DNA from: Gammaproteobacteria bacterium
GTDB lineage: Bacteria; Pseudomonadota; Gammaproteobacteria; Natronospirales; REEB76
Assembly: GCA_049591455.1 (NCBI GenBank)
Contig: JBAWFA010000015.1
Location: 75,143-139,142, forward strand
Direction of reading: 5' to 3'
Length of the DNA: 64,000 nucleotides
A program made the position numbers and the translations under genes. The notes beneath the pieces are model-generated. The model was not told the DNA's origin. It worked only from the letters and a program-made list of their open reading frames with translations, and ran no database searches. Below, one piece after another: positions 20,637 to 29,522 of the stretch (position 1 is the first letter of the stretch; every line of letters starts with the position of its first letter).

Positions 20637-22187
20637 CTAGTTCTGTGACGCGGCAACTGCCGGATTCTCCACTCGCTGGTAATGAAGCGGCATGAGCGCG
20701 AAGCTCAGTTTGTCGGGTTTGCCATAAGCATCCAGGTCGAACGTCACGTAGTTCTTGTCGTAATAGTGGTCACGCCAGGTCACCCGGAACGTGTTGTCAT
20801 GCCAGGGTTCGAGATTACCCGTGAAACGCGGGTTGCCGAGTCGCAACACCAGATGCCCCTGCTCCACGCTCACGTGAGCCGTGCCGTAAAAATCATCCTG
20901 ATAAGCACCTGCATAGGCGGATAACGGCCGCGGCGCCCGCGCGCCTTTTTGGCGCGTGTCCGCCAACTTCTCCTGGGCCATCTTGTCTTTGGCGTTTTCC
21001 TTCTGCCTGGCATCGTACATCGCCTGGCTCACATCAAAGTGCGGCAGCCCCAGGTAGGACTGCAGCACATGGAATACCACGCCTTCCGGTGCGCGATTCT
21101 GATCCATGTTCGAAAGCGCGATTACGCCCAAATGCTCGGACGGCACCAGCGCCATGGCCGTAGCCATGCCGTTGATATCGCCCGCGTGCCAGACCACTTT
21201 GTATTTGCCGTAATCCTGCAGCATGAAACCGAAACCGTAGGCGTAGAAGTGGCTGTCCGGTGTCTGCGTGCGCAGCCAATCCCCGATCCAGGTGTGTGCC
21301 GGGATTGGTATCTGTGGTGTTTCCATGGTGTGGATCACGTCGGGGTCCAGCACTGTCTTGCCGTCGTATTTCCCATCGGCCAGCAGCATCTCCAGCCAGT
21401 GGCTCATATCGTCCACACTCGAGTTGATGCCACCCACAGGCGCGAATACGTCCATGTTGTTCGCCCAGTAGCGCTGGATGACCTCGACCTTGCCGTCTAC
21501 TTTCGCGTGCGGAATCGCGGCGTTGGTCGCGGCCTCAACGGCCGCTTCCGTGGTGTCGGTGCGCGTCATGTTGAGCGGCGCGAACAGATGCTGCGCCACA
21601 TAATCGTTCCAGCTCTCGCCCGTGATCGCGGGAATGAACAGACTGGCCGCGAGATACATGGTGTTGTTGTAGCAGAAATGCGCCCGGAAACCGTAGTCGG
21701 GCGTCTGGTAACGCAACCGCTGGATCACGTTGGCTGCAGTGTCGTCGGCGGTGTACCACATCCCCTGCGGATCGCAGTATCCGCTGCGGTGACTGAGCAG
21801 ATCGCTCAGCATAATGTTCTGCGTGACATACGGGCTGCTGAGCTGGAAATTCTTCAGGTATTGGGTCACCGGCGCATCCCATTGGAGCTTGCCGGCCGAA
21901 ACCAGCGTGCCCAGAGCCGCCACCGTAAATTGCTTGGACACAGAACCGATGGTGAAAAGCGTATCCGCGCCCACCTTGCCGGGCTTACCCAGTTCGCGCA
22001 CGCCATAGCCGCGCGCAAACACCACTTTACCGTCCTTGACGATGGCCACTGCCAGGCCCGGTACCCGCCACTGGGCCATGGCTTTGTGCACATAGGCATC
22101 CAGGTCAGCGGGCTGCGTGATTGTTTGTGCGAGCGCGCCGACATTCAGGAACAGGGCAACGAGCAGGACGCAAAGACGGGCTTTCAT
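20637..22187 (-). CDS. Serine hydrolase, class-C beta-lactamase/D-aminopeptidase-like, secreted
   Basis: 516 aa with a signal peptide, the SxxK motif (GSVSKQF), a YxN-like motif (YNN), and a C-terminal extra domain. Confidence 0.8.
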   Translation of the reverse strand: MKARLCVLLVALFLNVGALAQTITQPADLDAYVHKAMAQWRVPGLAVAIVKDGKVVFARGYGVRELGKPGKVGADTLFTIGSVSKQFTVAALGTLVSAGKLQWDAPVTQYLKNFQLSSPYVTQNIMLSDLLSHRSGYCDPQGMWYTADDTAANVIQRLRYQTPDYGFRAHFCYNNTMYLAASLFIPAITGESWNDYVAQHLFAPLNMTRTDTTEAAVEAATNAAIPHAKVDGKVEVIQRYWANNMDVFAPVGGINSSVDDMSHWLEMLLADGKYDGKTVLDPDVIHTMETPQIPIPAHTWIGDWLRTQTPDSHFYAYGFGFMLQDYGKYKVVWHAGDINGMATAMALVPSEHLGVIALSNMDQNRAPEGVVFHVLQSYLGLPHFDVSQAMYDARQKENAKDKMAQEKLADTRQKGARAPRPLSAYAGAYQDDFYGTAHVSVEQGHLVLRLGNPRFTGNLEPWHDNTFRVTWRDHYYDKNYVTFDLDAYGKPDKLSFALMPLHYQRVENPAVAASQN

Positions 22188-22292
22188 GACGAAGTTCTCC
22201 TGGAGGCCGGATTCTGAGGCTGCACTCTATTAACTAACGCGTACCAGCACAAGCACCAGACCCCATTCAGCCTCACGTTGAACCTACCCTAT

Positions 22293-22330
22293 GGACATAC
22301 GGAAAGTTGCCGATGGTCTATCCTTATGTA
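22293..22330 (+). repeat. HNH-3'-end-derived repeat, copy G (weak, decayed)
   Basis: GACATACGGAAAG...GCCGATGGTCTATCCTTATGT. Compare copy A GATACGAAAG...ACCGTGGTCTGCCTGTATTG. Confidence 0.35.
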
Positions 22331-23218
22331 AGATTTACATCGCCCATCGAGAGAAGCGCGGGAGCGAACATGCCAAAGCATCTTGAAGCAAATCGTAGCC
22401 TGAACTACCCCCTATTATTCCGGATGCTGGCAGGAGTATTTAGCTGTATGCACGGATACCAATTTCAGGCCGTCTTTATACTGACTTGCGCGTTAAGCGC
22501 CTGCGGCTCCAGGCCGCCTCGCGGCACACCACCGCCAAACTTGTACGCCACGACGTCCTACTGGATGAATCCGTATTGGCAAGCGGAGATGTTAACTGCC
22601 ATGCAGTCCGTGGTGCGCCTCCCTGCCAATGCGTCTAGTTCGGCCACACCCCGAATTTATGGAACGCTGAAGTTCCTGTTCGATAACGGGGCCATCAAAG
22701 ATCCGGTGATCGTCACCAGCACGGGCGACCCCGCGCTGGATAAGCTGCTGCTTCAGCAGGTGGTTACGGCGAAGGTACCCAAACCCTTCGGAGCTCATAC
22801 CGACCAAGCCCATGAATTCGAGTTACGGCTCGAGATGTTTACACCGTATGAGACGTTCGAGTACGACTTGAATGCAGCTATAGACAGCAAGAAAGGCTAT
22901 ACCAGGGATGCAATCTTGAAAGGAAACATGGGAATCACGACCGTGGATTTCGACTATCTGGATGGCAAAGCGCTCAATATTGCAGTCGCCAAATCCAGCG
23001 GGCATAAGGATTTGGATCAAATTTCCATCGACACCATATCCGGCGCTATCCTGCCGCCACCGCCTCCAGGTTATGCGGGTAAAACTGTACATATGCAGTT
23101 GATCTTCTGTTACGACATCGTTACTTCCTTCAACCAGCCCGGTAAATGTCCGGTGGGGGGAAATATCATCAGCGTGGAAGGCGCCCGGATTAAGCGTACT
23201 AGCGTAGTTCGTTATTAA
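22307..23218 (+). CDS. Lipoprotein with two TonB-C-terminal-like domains; start uncertain
   Basis: Lipobox ILTCALSACGS. GTLKFLFDNGAIKDPVIVTSTGDPALDKLLLQQV and TTVDFDYLDGKALNIAVAKSSGHKDLDQISIDTI resemble TonB_C folds. The real start is probably an internal Met (MPKH... or MLAG...). Confidence 0.5.
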   Translation: MPMVYPYVRFTSPIERSAGANMPKHLEANRSLNYPLLFRMLAGVFSCMHGYQFQAVFILTCALSACGSRPPRGTPPPNLYATTSYWMNPYWQAEMLTAMQSVVRLPANASSSATPRIYGTLKFLFDNGAIKDPVIVTSTGDPALDKLLLQQVVTAKVPKPFGAHTDQAHEFELRLEMFTPYETFEYDLNAAIDSKKGYTRDAILKGNMGITTVDFDYLDGKALNIAVAKSSGHKDLDQISIDTISGAILPPPPPGYAGKTVHMQLIFCYDIVTSFNQPGKCPVGGNIISVEGARIKRTSVVRY

Positions 23219-23230
23219 CGTCGCACTGAC

Positions 23231-23319
23231 GTGCGGTGATATCTATCGAAAGATTCGCTGGAGCGGCGATACGAAAGCTTCATGCGATAAACCGTGGTCT
23301 GCCTGTATTGCTATTATCG
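23231..23319 (+). repeat. HNH-3'-end-derived repeat, copy A
   Basis: ATCGAAAGATTCGCTGGAGCGGCGATACGAAAGCTTCATGCGATAAACCGTGGTCTGCCTGTATTGCTATT aligns with 32414-32484. In frame it reads LSKDSLERRYESFMR*. Confidence 0.8.
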
Positions 23320-23329
23320 ATTTTGATAT

Positions 23330-24271
23330 CTATTCCGGAATCATTCCGATTGTTTTCAACCACTGCGCCGCCAACCGGGGCCAGCGTGTAATCGGAAGTT
23401 TTGTGCGCCGCAGCCCAAACGCATGCCCGCCGTGCGCATACAAATGCATTTCAACGGGAACCCCAGCGTTCTTCAGCGCGGTGTAGTAAACCAGTGATTG
23501 TTTCACGCCGTCCACGTCGTCGTCCTCGGCCTGCACTAAAAACGTGAGTGGCGTCTCACGGGTGACCGGAACATTGGGATTCAACTTGCCATCATCAGTC
23601 GCGAGGTGGCCCGGATAAATCGCCATGGCAAAATCTGGGCGGGCACTCTTCTTGTCGGCAGCATCTACAGGCGTGTACAGGCGGTGTGCAAAGTCCGTGC
23701 TGATTTCCGCCACCAGATACCCGCCTGCCGAAAAACCGATTACTCCAATCTTGTGGGGATTGATGTGCCATTGCGCAGCATGAAAGCGCACCAGCCTCAC
23801 GGTTCTCTGTGCGTCCTCCAGCGATGGTACCGATATCGAAAGATTGCGCGGACGACAATCGCATTTCCAGACATAAGGCTCACTCGGGACACGATATTTC
23901 AGCAGCACACAGGTGACCCCGATGGACGTCAACCAGTCACACACTTCCGTGCCTTCCAAATCGATGGCCAGTATCTGAAAGCCCCCGCCCGGAAACACGA
24001 CTACAGCAGCACCGGTATTCTTTCCCGTTGGTGAATACACCGTCATCGTAGGCCGTGAGACATTGCCCACGTAAAGCCAAGATTTACCCGCCACCAGGTC
24101 ATTTTTCTCCACCTTCATATACTCCAGCCCCGGCACAGGCTGCGCATCCGGCACTGTTTCCGGCCATATCGGCATCTGCGTGTGCCCTGGCGATGGCTGC
24201 CAGGTCGCCGCGCGAGCGTACAAACTGCTGATTGCCAGTACCAAACAGACAGCGAACATGGATCGTTTCAT
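23330..24271 (-). CDS. Secreted alpha/beta hydrolase (esterase/lipase fold)
   Basis: 313 aa with a signal peptide, oxyanion VVVFPGGGF and nucleophile GFSAGGY. Confidence 0.8.
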   Translation of the reverse strand: MKRSMFAVCLVLAISSLYARAATWQPSPGHTQMPIWPETVPDAQPVPGLEYMKVEKNDLVAGKSWLYVGNVSRPTMTVYSPTGKNTGAAVVVFPGGGFQILAIDLEGTEVCDWLTSIGVTCVLLKYRVPSEPYVWKCDCRPRNLSISVPSLEDAQRTVRLVRFHAAQWHINPHKIGVIGFSAGGYLVAEISTDFAHRLYTPVDAADKKSARPDFAMAIYPGHLATDDGKLNPNVPVTRETPLTFLVQAEDDDVDGVKQSLVYYTALKNAGVPVEMHLYAHGGHAFGLRRTKLPITRWPRLAAQWLKTIGMIPE

Positions 24272-24295
24272 TGTGGGTTCCCAATGAGCTTAATT

Positions 24296-24326
24296 ATGTT
24301 GGGCTTTCTTCGTCAGCCCAACCTAC
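24296..24326. repeat. REP-like palindrome, type 2 (ATGTTGGG...CCCAACCTAC)
   Basis: ATGTTGGGCTTTCTTCGTCAGCCCAACCTAC. Same family as 53436-53517 and 63285-63329. Confidence 0.75.
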
Positions 24327-24330
24327 TGGC

Positions 24331-24428
24331 TGAAGGAAGTGGATGCACCAATGCTGAAATATGAATTGCAGGTACTGCAAAATTCTGAATTGGTTTTCCT
24401 TTTCGGGCTACGGATCGGCCATCAAAAG
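24331..24428 (+). repeat. HNH-3'-end-derived repeat, copy B
   Basis: Translates EVDAPMLKYELQVLQNSEL, versus EVDGPMLKYGLQALHNSEL of the intact gene (32325-32420). It carries CGG (about 24416-24418) where the intact gene has TGA. Confidence 0.8.
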
Positions 24429-24450
24429 AATTCCCCTCATTCTCGCAGCC

Positions 24451-24481
24451 AAAAAAACCCCGCGGGATTTCGTCCGCGGGG
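24451..24481 (-). terminator. Rho-independent terminator of the S9A peptidase gene
   Basis: Minus strand: CCCCGCGG-ACGAAATC-CCGCGGGG followed by TTTTTTT, about 20 nt after the stop at 24500. Confidence 0.75.
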
Positions 24482-24499
24482 CTGTGCAGATGCCGCTGA

Positions 24500-26680
24500 T
24501 CAATGCTTATTGAGTGTCGGTTGCCAGTCCGGCAGTCCGGCGCGCCACAAGGTAAAGGCGATCCAGTCGGCCGCCAATTCGTCACTTTGCGTGCGGGTCG
24601 AGCCGATGCCATGACCGGCCTGCGCATCGATGCGCAACAGCACCGGATTGGGCGAGCCAGAGGCCATCATCGCCGCGGCGAATTTCGCCGGTACCCAAGT
24701 AGCCACGCGCGGATCATTCAAACCCGTCGAGATCATGATCGCCGGATAAGTGGTGCCCTTCTTCACGTGCACCAGCGAATCCATGGCGTAGAGATCCTCG
24801 AAGCCCTGCTTGGTCTTGATGCTTCCGAATTCGGGAATGTTAGGCGGCCCGTTGGGCGTGAACTCCATGCGCAACGTATTGGCAGCAGGTACCACGTCCA
24901 TCACGCCGGCGAACAGATCGGGCGCCTCTTCCATCGCGCGACCCATGGTGATGCCACCCGCCGAGCCACCGAGGATGAAAAGTTTCTTCGGGGTAGTGAT
25001 GCCCTGGGCCACGAGATATCTGCCGCAGGCGATCAGGTCTTGCCAAGTGTTGTGCTTGTTGGGCCCCTTGCCAGCCATGTACCAGGCCTGGCCCTTGATG
25101 GCGCTGCCGCGCACGTGACAGATACCGTAGCCGATGCCTTCCTTCATGAACACCGCGCGGCGCGAGCTGAAGTCGGCCATATTGGTGATGCCATAGGAGC
25201 CATAGGCCTCGAGCACTACGATGCCGGGCCGCTTGGCGCCTTTGGGCTCGACCAGCGACAGCGGCACCATGACGCCGTCATGCGACTTGGCCTGAAGATC
25301 GCTGACCACGTAATTCGCCGCGTTGATGGGTCCGTGAACGCCCAGATGCAGATCGGCAAACTCGCCGCCCTTGGGATCATAGCGATATTCAGTGGGCGGA
25401 ATGACCCAGCTCGAAATCTCGAACGTGATGCCGGCCACGCGTGGATCGCTGAACACCTCACCGACATGGCCCTTGATGGGCAGTGCGATGTGCTCGATCT
25501 TGTCGGTGCCGGTCGGTACACGCAGCAGATCAGAATAAGCGCCGTTTCGCGCCAGCACATACAGTCCGTCGGCGGCGGCGTGGATGTTTTCGATCACCCG
25601 GCCAGACGCTTCCGGCACCAGCACCTTGGCCGAGGCCAGCGGCTTGCCCGCCTTCACCTCCAGCACTTTGAAATTGGACGCATCCTTGTGCGAAAGCAGG
25701 AAGATCCGGTCGCCGCGAATATCCAATCCAGTCACGTCGTTGTCGCGATCAACGAACAGCTTCCACGGCGCGTTCGGGTTCGATGCGTCAGCCACCGGAG
25801 CGGTCCACAACTTGACCTCGTTCTGCACACCGTTGATGGACGCCAGAACCGCGATTGGAGAGTTGGGCGTGAGCTGGATCGCGGGGGTCTCGTCAGGCGC
25901 GAACGTCGCGTGCTTGCTAACGCCATTACCGGCGACGGGCACCGGTGCCGAGGCGAGATTCCAGGCGACTGCGGTCGGGTCCTTGTATTTGTCGAGCGGA
26001 CTCTCGCCGGGCGCGAGCTTCTTCAGGCGGATCCAGTAGAGCGTTTTCGAATCCGGGCTCCAGCTGGTGGCGCCGAATTCGGCGCGGTCCAGCGGGCCGG
26101 CGATCAACTTGCCGCTGGCGGCATCGTAAACGCTGATCGAGGCCGCTTCCGAGCCGCCCTCGGAAACACCGACCGCGACCTTGGAGCCGTCGAATGAGGG
26201 CAGGAAATAGTTGACCGCGTAGGGCTTGCCACCATTGGCTTTCATGATCGCTTCGATATCGACGATTTTGCGCGTGCCGTGCGCGTCGCGCACCATCACG
26301 TCGAAATTGTTCGCGCCGGGCTGACGCTCTTCATAGAACTCACGCCCGCCATAGACCGAGTAATCCGAGATCGCGTCGAAGCTGCCGGTGAAAGCGGAAA
26401 CCCGCTGGCCCAGCGCCGCGCGCCCGGGAATCGAATCCATCAGCGCGCGGGTATAGGCGCCCTCGGCTTTCATCCAGTCGATGGTCTTGGGCCCGAGCTT
26501 TTCCATGTAGCGGTAATCGTCGGTGACCTTCCGGCCCCAGAGCGTTTCCGTGACCGGCTGCGCGGACGGAGGCGGCGGCTGGGTCGTCGCTGCGACCGAT
26601 GCCAGAGATACGGCAGCCAGCAGCGGCAAAAGCAGGCTCTTCAGAAGCAATGTAATAGACAGGCGTTGATGGAAAATCAT
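24500..26680 (-). CDS. Prolyl oligopeptidase (S9A) family serine peptidase, secreted
   Basis: 726 aa with a signal peptide. N-terminal VTDDYRYMEKL motif, a propeller, and nucleophile LGGSAGG. Confidence 0.85.
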   Translation of the reverse strand: MIFHQRLSITLLLKSLLLPLLAAVSLASVAATTQPPPPSAQPVTETLWGRKVTDDYRYMEKLGPKTIDWMKAEGAYTRALMDSIPGRAALGQRVSAFTGSFDAISDYSVYGGREFYEERQPGANNFDVMVRDAHGTRKIVDIEAIMKANGGKPYAVNYFLPSFDGSKVAVGVSEGGSEAASISVYDAASGKLIAGPLDRAEFGATSWSPDSKTLYWIRLKKLAPGESPLDKYKDPTAVAWNLASAPVPVAGNGVSKHATFAPDETPAIQLTPNSPIAVLASINGVQNEVKLWTAPVADASNPNAPWKLFVDRDNDVTGLDIRGDRIFLLSHKDASNFKVLEVKAGKPLASAKVLVPEASGRVIENIHAAADGLYVLARNGAYSDLLRVPTGTDKIEHIALPIKGHVGEVFSDPRVAGITFEISSWVIPPTEYRYDPKGGEFADLHLGVHGPINAANYVVSDLQAKSHDGVMVPLSLVEPKGAKRPGIVVLEAYGSYGITNMADFSSRRAVFMKEGIGYGICHVRGSAIKGQAWYMAGKGPNKHNTWQDLIACGRYLVAQGITTPKKLFILGGSAGGITMGRAMEEAPDLFAGVMDVVPAANTLRMEFTPNGPPNIPEFGSIKTKQGFEDLYAMDSLVHVKKGTTYPAIMISTGLNDPRVATWVPAKFAAAMMASGSPNPVLLRIDAQAGHGIGSTRTQSDELAADWIAFTLWRAGLPDWQPTLNKH

Positions 26681-26857
26681 GGTCGAGACCTCCGGGTTAC
26701 GTCACGCCGGTATAGGCGTGATCGTGAGCTTGCACCATTAAAGCGCAAATCGTTGTTTACTGCATCACCAACATCAATACTTACCAATGGGAATACTGTC
26801 TTAGTCGTGGAAGCCAACAGGATCATTCGAGGTAATTCAAGGAGCCTCTGATTTATT

Positions 26858-26927
26858 CGTCGTACCCGCGAACGCGGGTACCCAGGTTCTTGATTATTCT
26901 GGATTCCCGCTTGTGCAGGAATGACGG
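26858..26927. repeat. Two inverted REP-type palindromes, type 1 (the 'VIPAKAGIQ / WIPACAGMT' type)
   Basis: CGTCGTACCCGCGAACGCGGGTACCCAGG (26858-26886) and CTGGATTCCCGCTTGTGCAGGAATGACGG (about 26899-26927) are reverse-complement relatives of each other. A short TTCTTGATTATTCTGG piece resembling the HNH-repeat tail lies between them. Confidence 0.75.
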
Positions 26928-26950
26928 AAACGGAATTGATCAGAGCTTCC

Positions 26951-27016
26951 TTAACAGATCCTGCATTCGGCGAAGCCGCTGGCGAAGGGTTTGCGGTCCT
27001 TTTCGGTCATGTGCGC
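26951..27016 (-). pseudogene. Displaced 3'-end fragment (21 codons + stop) of a paralogue/allele of gene 29523-30545
   Basis: Reverse translation gives AHMTEKDRKPFASGFAECRIC*, versus the intact C-terminus YAHMDQKGREAFAGGFAECGIH*. About 80% nt identity by eye. Confidence 0.75.
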
Positions 27017-27017
27017 C

Positions 27018-27070
27018 GAGCGAAGATATCAACGCTTCATGCAATAAACAGTCTGCTGCCTCATATCGTC
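27018..27070 (+). repeat. HNH-3'-end-derived repeat, copy E
   Basis: GAGCGAAGATATCAACGCTTCATGCAATAAACAGTCTGCTGCCTCATATCG reads ERRYQRFMQ* plus tail. It abuts the fragment at 26951-27016. Confidence 0.75.
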
Positions 27071-27091
27071 ATGTGTCAATACAAAACTCCC

Positions 27092-29377
27092 TCATTTACC
27101 GGGATGGTAAACGCGTTCTGTGTGGCCCTTGAGTTGATCGGGCCAGAAGTACACGGTGCGGAGATCGCCGCTGACGTAACGGGCAGCCTGGTCGGTGAAA
27201 TGCGGGTATTTCGGATTGCCGCTGGCGCCGCCGACATGGATCGCGCGTGCGCTCACCTTTGGACCGAAATCAACTACCGCGACAAAGCTATTGCCGTCGT
27301 TACCGTAATACTTCTTGGTACCGGGCCACGTGTGCGCGCCGAACGAGGCCAACGAGCCCCAGCGTGAGGAAGTGAACGGCACCGCAATGCTGGGTTTGGC
27401 ATCGTCGAAATGCGGTTGGATCGAATCATCGAGGCGCTGGTAGCGGTTGATCTCGCCCCACGGCACACCCCAGTAACCGAAATCCGTCTTGAGTTTATCG
27501 ACCGCTTCGGCGAGTGCTGCAAGACGCACCTTCGGCGTGGCCTTTTCGGCGATGTAGTCGTACGTGCGCATGACATAAGTATGCGAGTCGAGGCCGCTGG
27601 CACGAGCGTCGGCGCCGACCTCATCCCACAATGTGTCGCCCCAGAACACCGCGACCGAAGTCGGGATCGAGGCAATGCCCCAGCGATAATCCCAATGGCG
27701 TAACACCCCGATCGGGCCGGCCAGTTTCGCTTTCAATGGGTCACTCGCGGGCAGGTCGTCGTAGTCCTTCACCAGAATCGGGATCAGTCGTGCGAACGCG
27801 GGCAGATACGAATCGAAGGCATCGGTGATCAGCTTGGCGCTGGTGAAATCGCGTGCGCCATTCAACATGAGCAGCGCATGCTTGCTGCGCGGATTCGGGC
27901 CGAACATATCCATGTACTGCGGATAGTCGGCAGCTTTCGGGCTGTACTTGCCGGCGGCCGTCCACGGCCAGTCGTTGGTATTGAACACCCAGCCATTGGG
28001 CGGGTTCATCACATTGGGCATGTCCTTGAGCGGCGTCAGGCCCTGCCATGCTGTGGCGGGATTGCTGCCGTCCACGGGCTTCATGTAATCGAACCGGTTA
28101 TTACGTTTGGGGATGAACTGCGGCACCAGAAACGCGATTTCGCCCTTGTCGTCGGCAAAGATGGTGTTGTTGGACGAGTTGGCTTGGAGTTGTGCAATCT
28201 TCATGTAGCTCGCAAGGTCGGTGGCCTTGGTGCGCAGCCAGCTTTGTTCCAGTGCGGGGATCGGTTCGTTCATCAGCGCCTCGGCAATCCACTTGCCATT
28301 TTCCTCCGCGACGATTGGCCCGGGTTGGGCGAAATACGCAGTGAACCTGCGTGACATCATCGTGCCGTCCTTGCCGAGGTAGCGGATGGTGATCACGCGC
28401 GTTTTTAGCGGCAACAGTTGTTTGCCGAAACGATAGAAATATCGGTCGTCTTGCTTGACGCCGGTTTCGGCGAACTGATCCACCGCATCGACGCCGGTCG
28501 AGGTGTGCATCCAGCCGACGTGCTTGTTAAAACCCTGATAGATGAAAAACTGGCCCCAGGTCGAGGCGCCGTAGGCGTCGAGTCCCTGATCGCTCGACAT
28601 CTGTGTCTCGTCGCGGAAATTGAAGGTGACGTGCGGGTTGATCAGCAGCAAGGCGTGGCCGTCGGCAGTCAGCTTGGGTGCGATCGCGATGCCATTCGAG
28701 CCGGTCGCCGCTTGCCATGTTGCGGGCTTGGTATCGGCCAATGCCAATGCAGTGGCGCGGTCAGCGCCGTAGAACGTCGCAAGTTTGGCCAGGTTCACAC
28801 GGGTGATATCGCCGCCGATACTACCCTCGGTGAAGGCCAGCGCCATCCACGGCTGGTACTGCTTGATGACCTCGGGGTGGATGCCGGGGTGTGTGGCCAG
28901 GTACCAGTTCATGCCGTCGGCCCAGGCGTTCATGAGCTGTATCAGCCATGCGGGACTTTTGGCGTAGTCCTGCTTCAGCACCACCGGGTCGATGAAAAGT
29001 TGTTCGCGCAGGTCCTCCCAGATGGCCGCCTCGCCCTTTGCCTGCGCGGTCCAGCCAAGCGCCAGCAGGTAGTTGTTCTCGACGCGGCTGAAGTCATCTT
29101 CACACTGCGCGTAGATCATCCCGAATACCGCGTCGGCATCGGTCTTGCCGTGCACATGCGCGATGCCCCAGTTGTCGCGGGTGATCGTGACCTGCTGCGC
29201 TTCGCGTGCGAGGCGGGCGTATTCAGGAGTGTTCCGGGTGACCGGGATTCGCCACGTCGCAGGGGCGTCGCTATCGGTGCGTGCGGTTGCCGCAGCGGCC
29301 GTGCCCGGTGCCAGCAAGATGGCAACTCCCAGCGCACACGCAAATGCAAACAGACTGCAGCGAATATTGGATGGCAT
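27092..29377 (-). CDS. Penicillin acylase (S45, Ntn-hydrolase) family protein, secreted
   Basis: 761 aa with a signal peptide and a predicted autoprocessing site ...ATG|SNGIAIAP (N-terminal Ser nucleophile of the beta chain). Family-typical length. The substrate (beta-lactam, acyl-homoserine lactone, other) cannot be told from sequence. Confidence 0.8.
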   Translation of the reverse strand: MPSNIRCSLFAFACALGVAILLAPGTAAAATARTDSDAPATWRIPVTRNTPEYARLAREAQQVTITRDNWGIAHVHGKTDADAVFGMIYAQCEDDFSRVENNYLLALGWTAQAKGEAAIWEDLREQLFIDPVVLKQDYAKSPAWLIQLMNAWADGMNWYLATHPGIHPEVIKQYQPWMALAFTEGSIGGDITRVNLAKLATFYGADRATALALADTKPATWQAATGSNGIAIAPKLTADGHALLLINPHVTFNFRDETQMSSDQGLDAYGASTWGQFFIYQGFNKHVGWMHTSTGVDAVDQFAETGVKQDDRYFYRFGKQLLPLKTRVITIRYLGKDGTMMSRRFTAYFAQPGPIVAEENGKWIAEALMNEPIPALEQSWLRTKATDLASYMKIAQLQANSSNNTIFADDKGEIAFLVPQFIPKRNNRFDYMKPVDGSNPATAWQGLTPLKDMPNVMNPPNGWVFNTNDWPWTAAGKYSPKAADYPQYMDMFGPNPRSKHALLMLNGARDFTSAKLITDAFDSYLPAFARLIPILVKDYDDLPASDPLKAKLAGPIGVLRHWDYRWGIASIPTSVAVFWGDTLWDEVGADARASGLDSHTYVMRTYDYIAEKATPKVRLAALAEAVDKLKTDFGYWGVPWGEINRYQRLDDSIQPHFDDAKPSIAVPFTSSRWGSLASFGAHTWPGTKKYYGNDGNSFVAVVDFGPKVSARAIHVGGASGNPKYPHFTDQAARYVSGDLRTVYFWPDQLKGHTERVYHPGK

Positions 29378-29451
29378 CGGTCTTCTCCCGAATCGCGTGG
29401 CGAATGATCTTGATCTTACGCCACAGGTGTAGATAGGAATAATGAATAATT

Positions 29452-29478
29452 GGGATCAGTCTGTCCCCATTTATTCGC
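29452..29478 (+). repeat. HNH-repeat tail-only copy F
   Basis: GATCAGTCTGTCCCCATTTATTCG. Compare the tails CCGTGGTCTGTTCCCGATTATTCC (C) and ACAGTCTGCTGCCTCATATCG (E). Confidence 0.45.
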
Positions 29479-29522
29479 AGTGTCACTCCACGGCAGCGAG
29501 AATTTGAGTCGTGCCGACAAAC

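Noticed and set aside
24503-26197. Long antisense or alternative-frame ORFs. These include 24503-26197 +, 1320-2405 +, 20949-22217 +, 40763-42532 +, 50916-52409 -, 61420-63324 -, 15678-16703 - and 54107-55063 -.
   Set aside because: Each lies wholly inside a well-supported gene on the other strand or frame. Each translates to Arg/Gly/His/Ala-rich sequence typical of GC-rich shadow ORFs.
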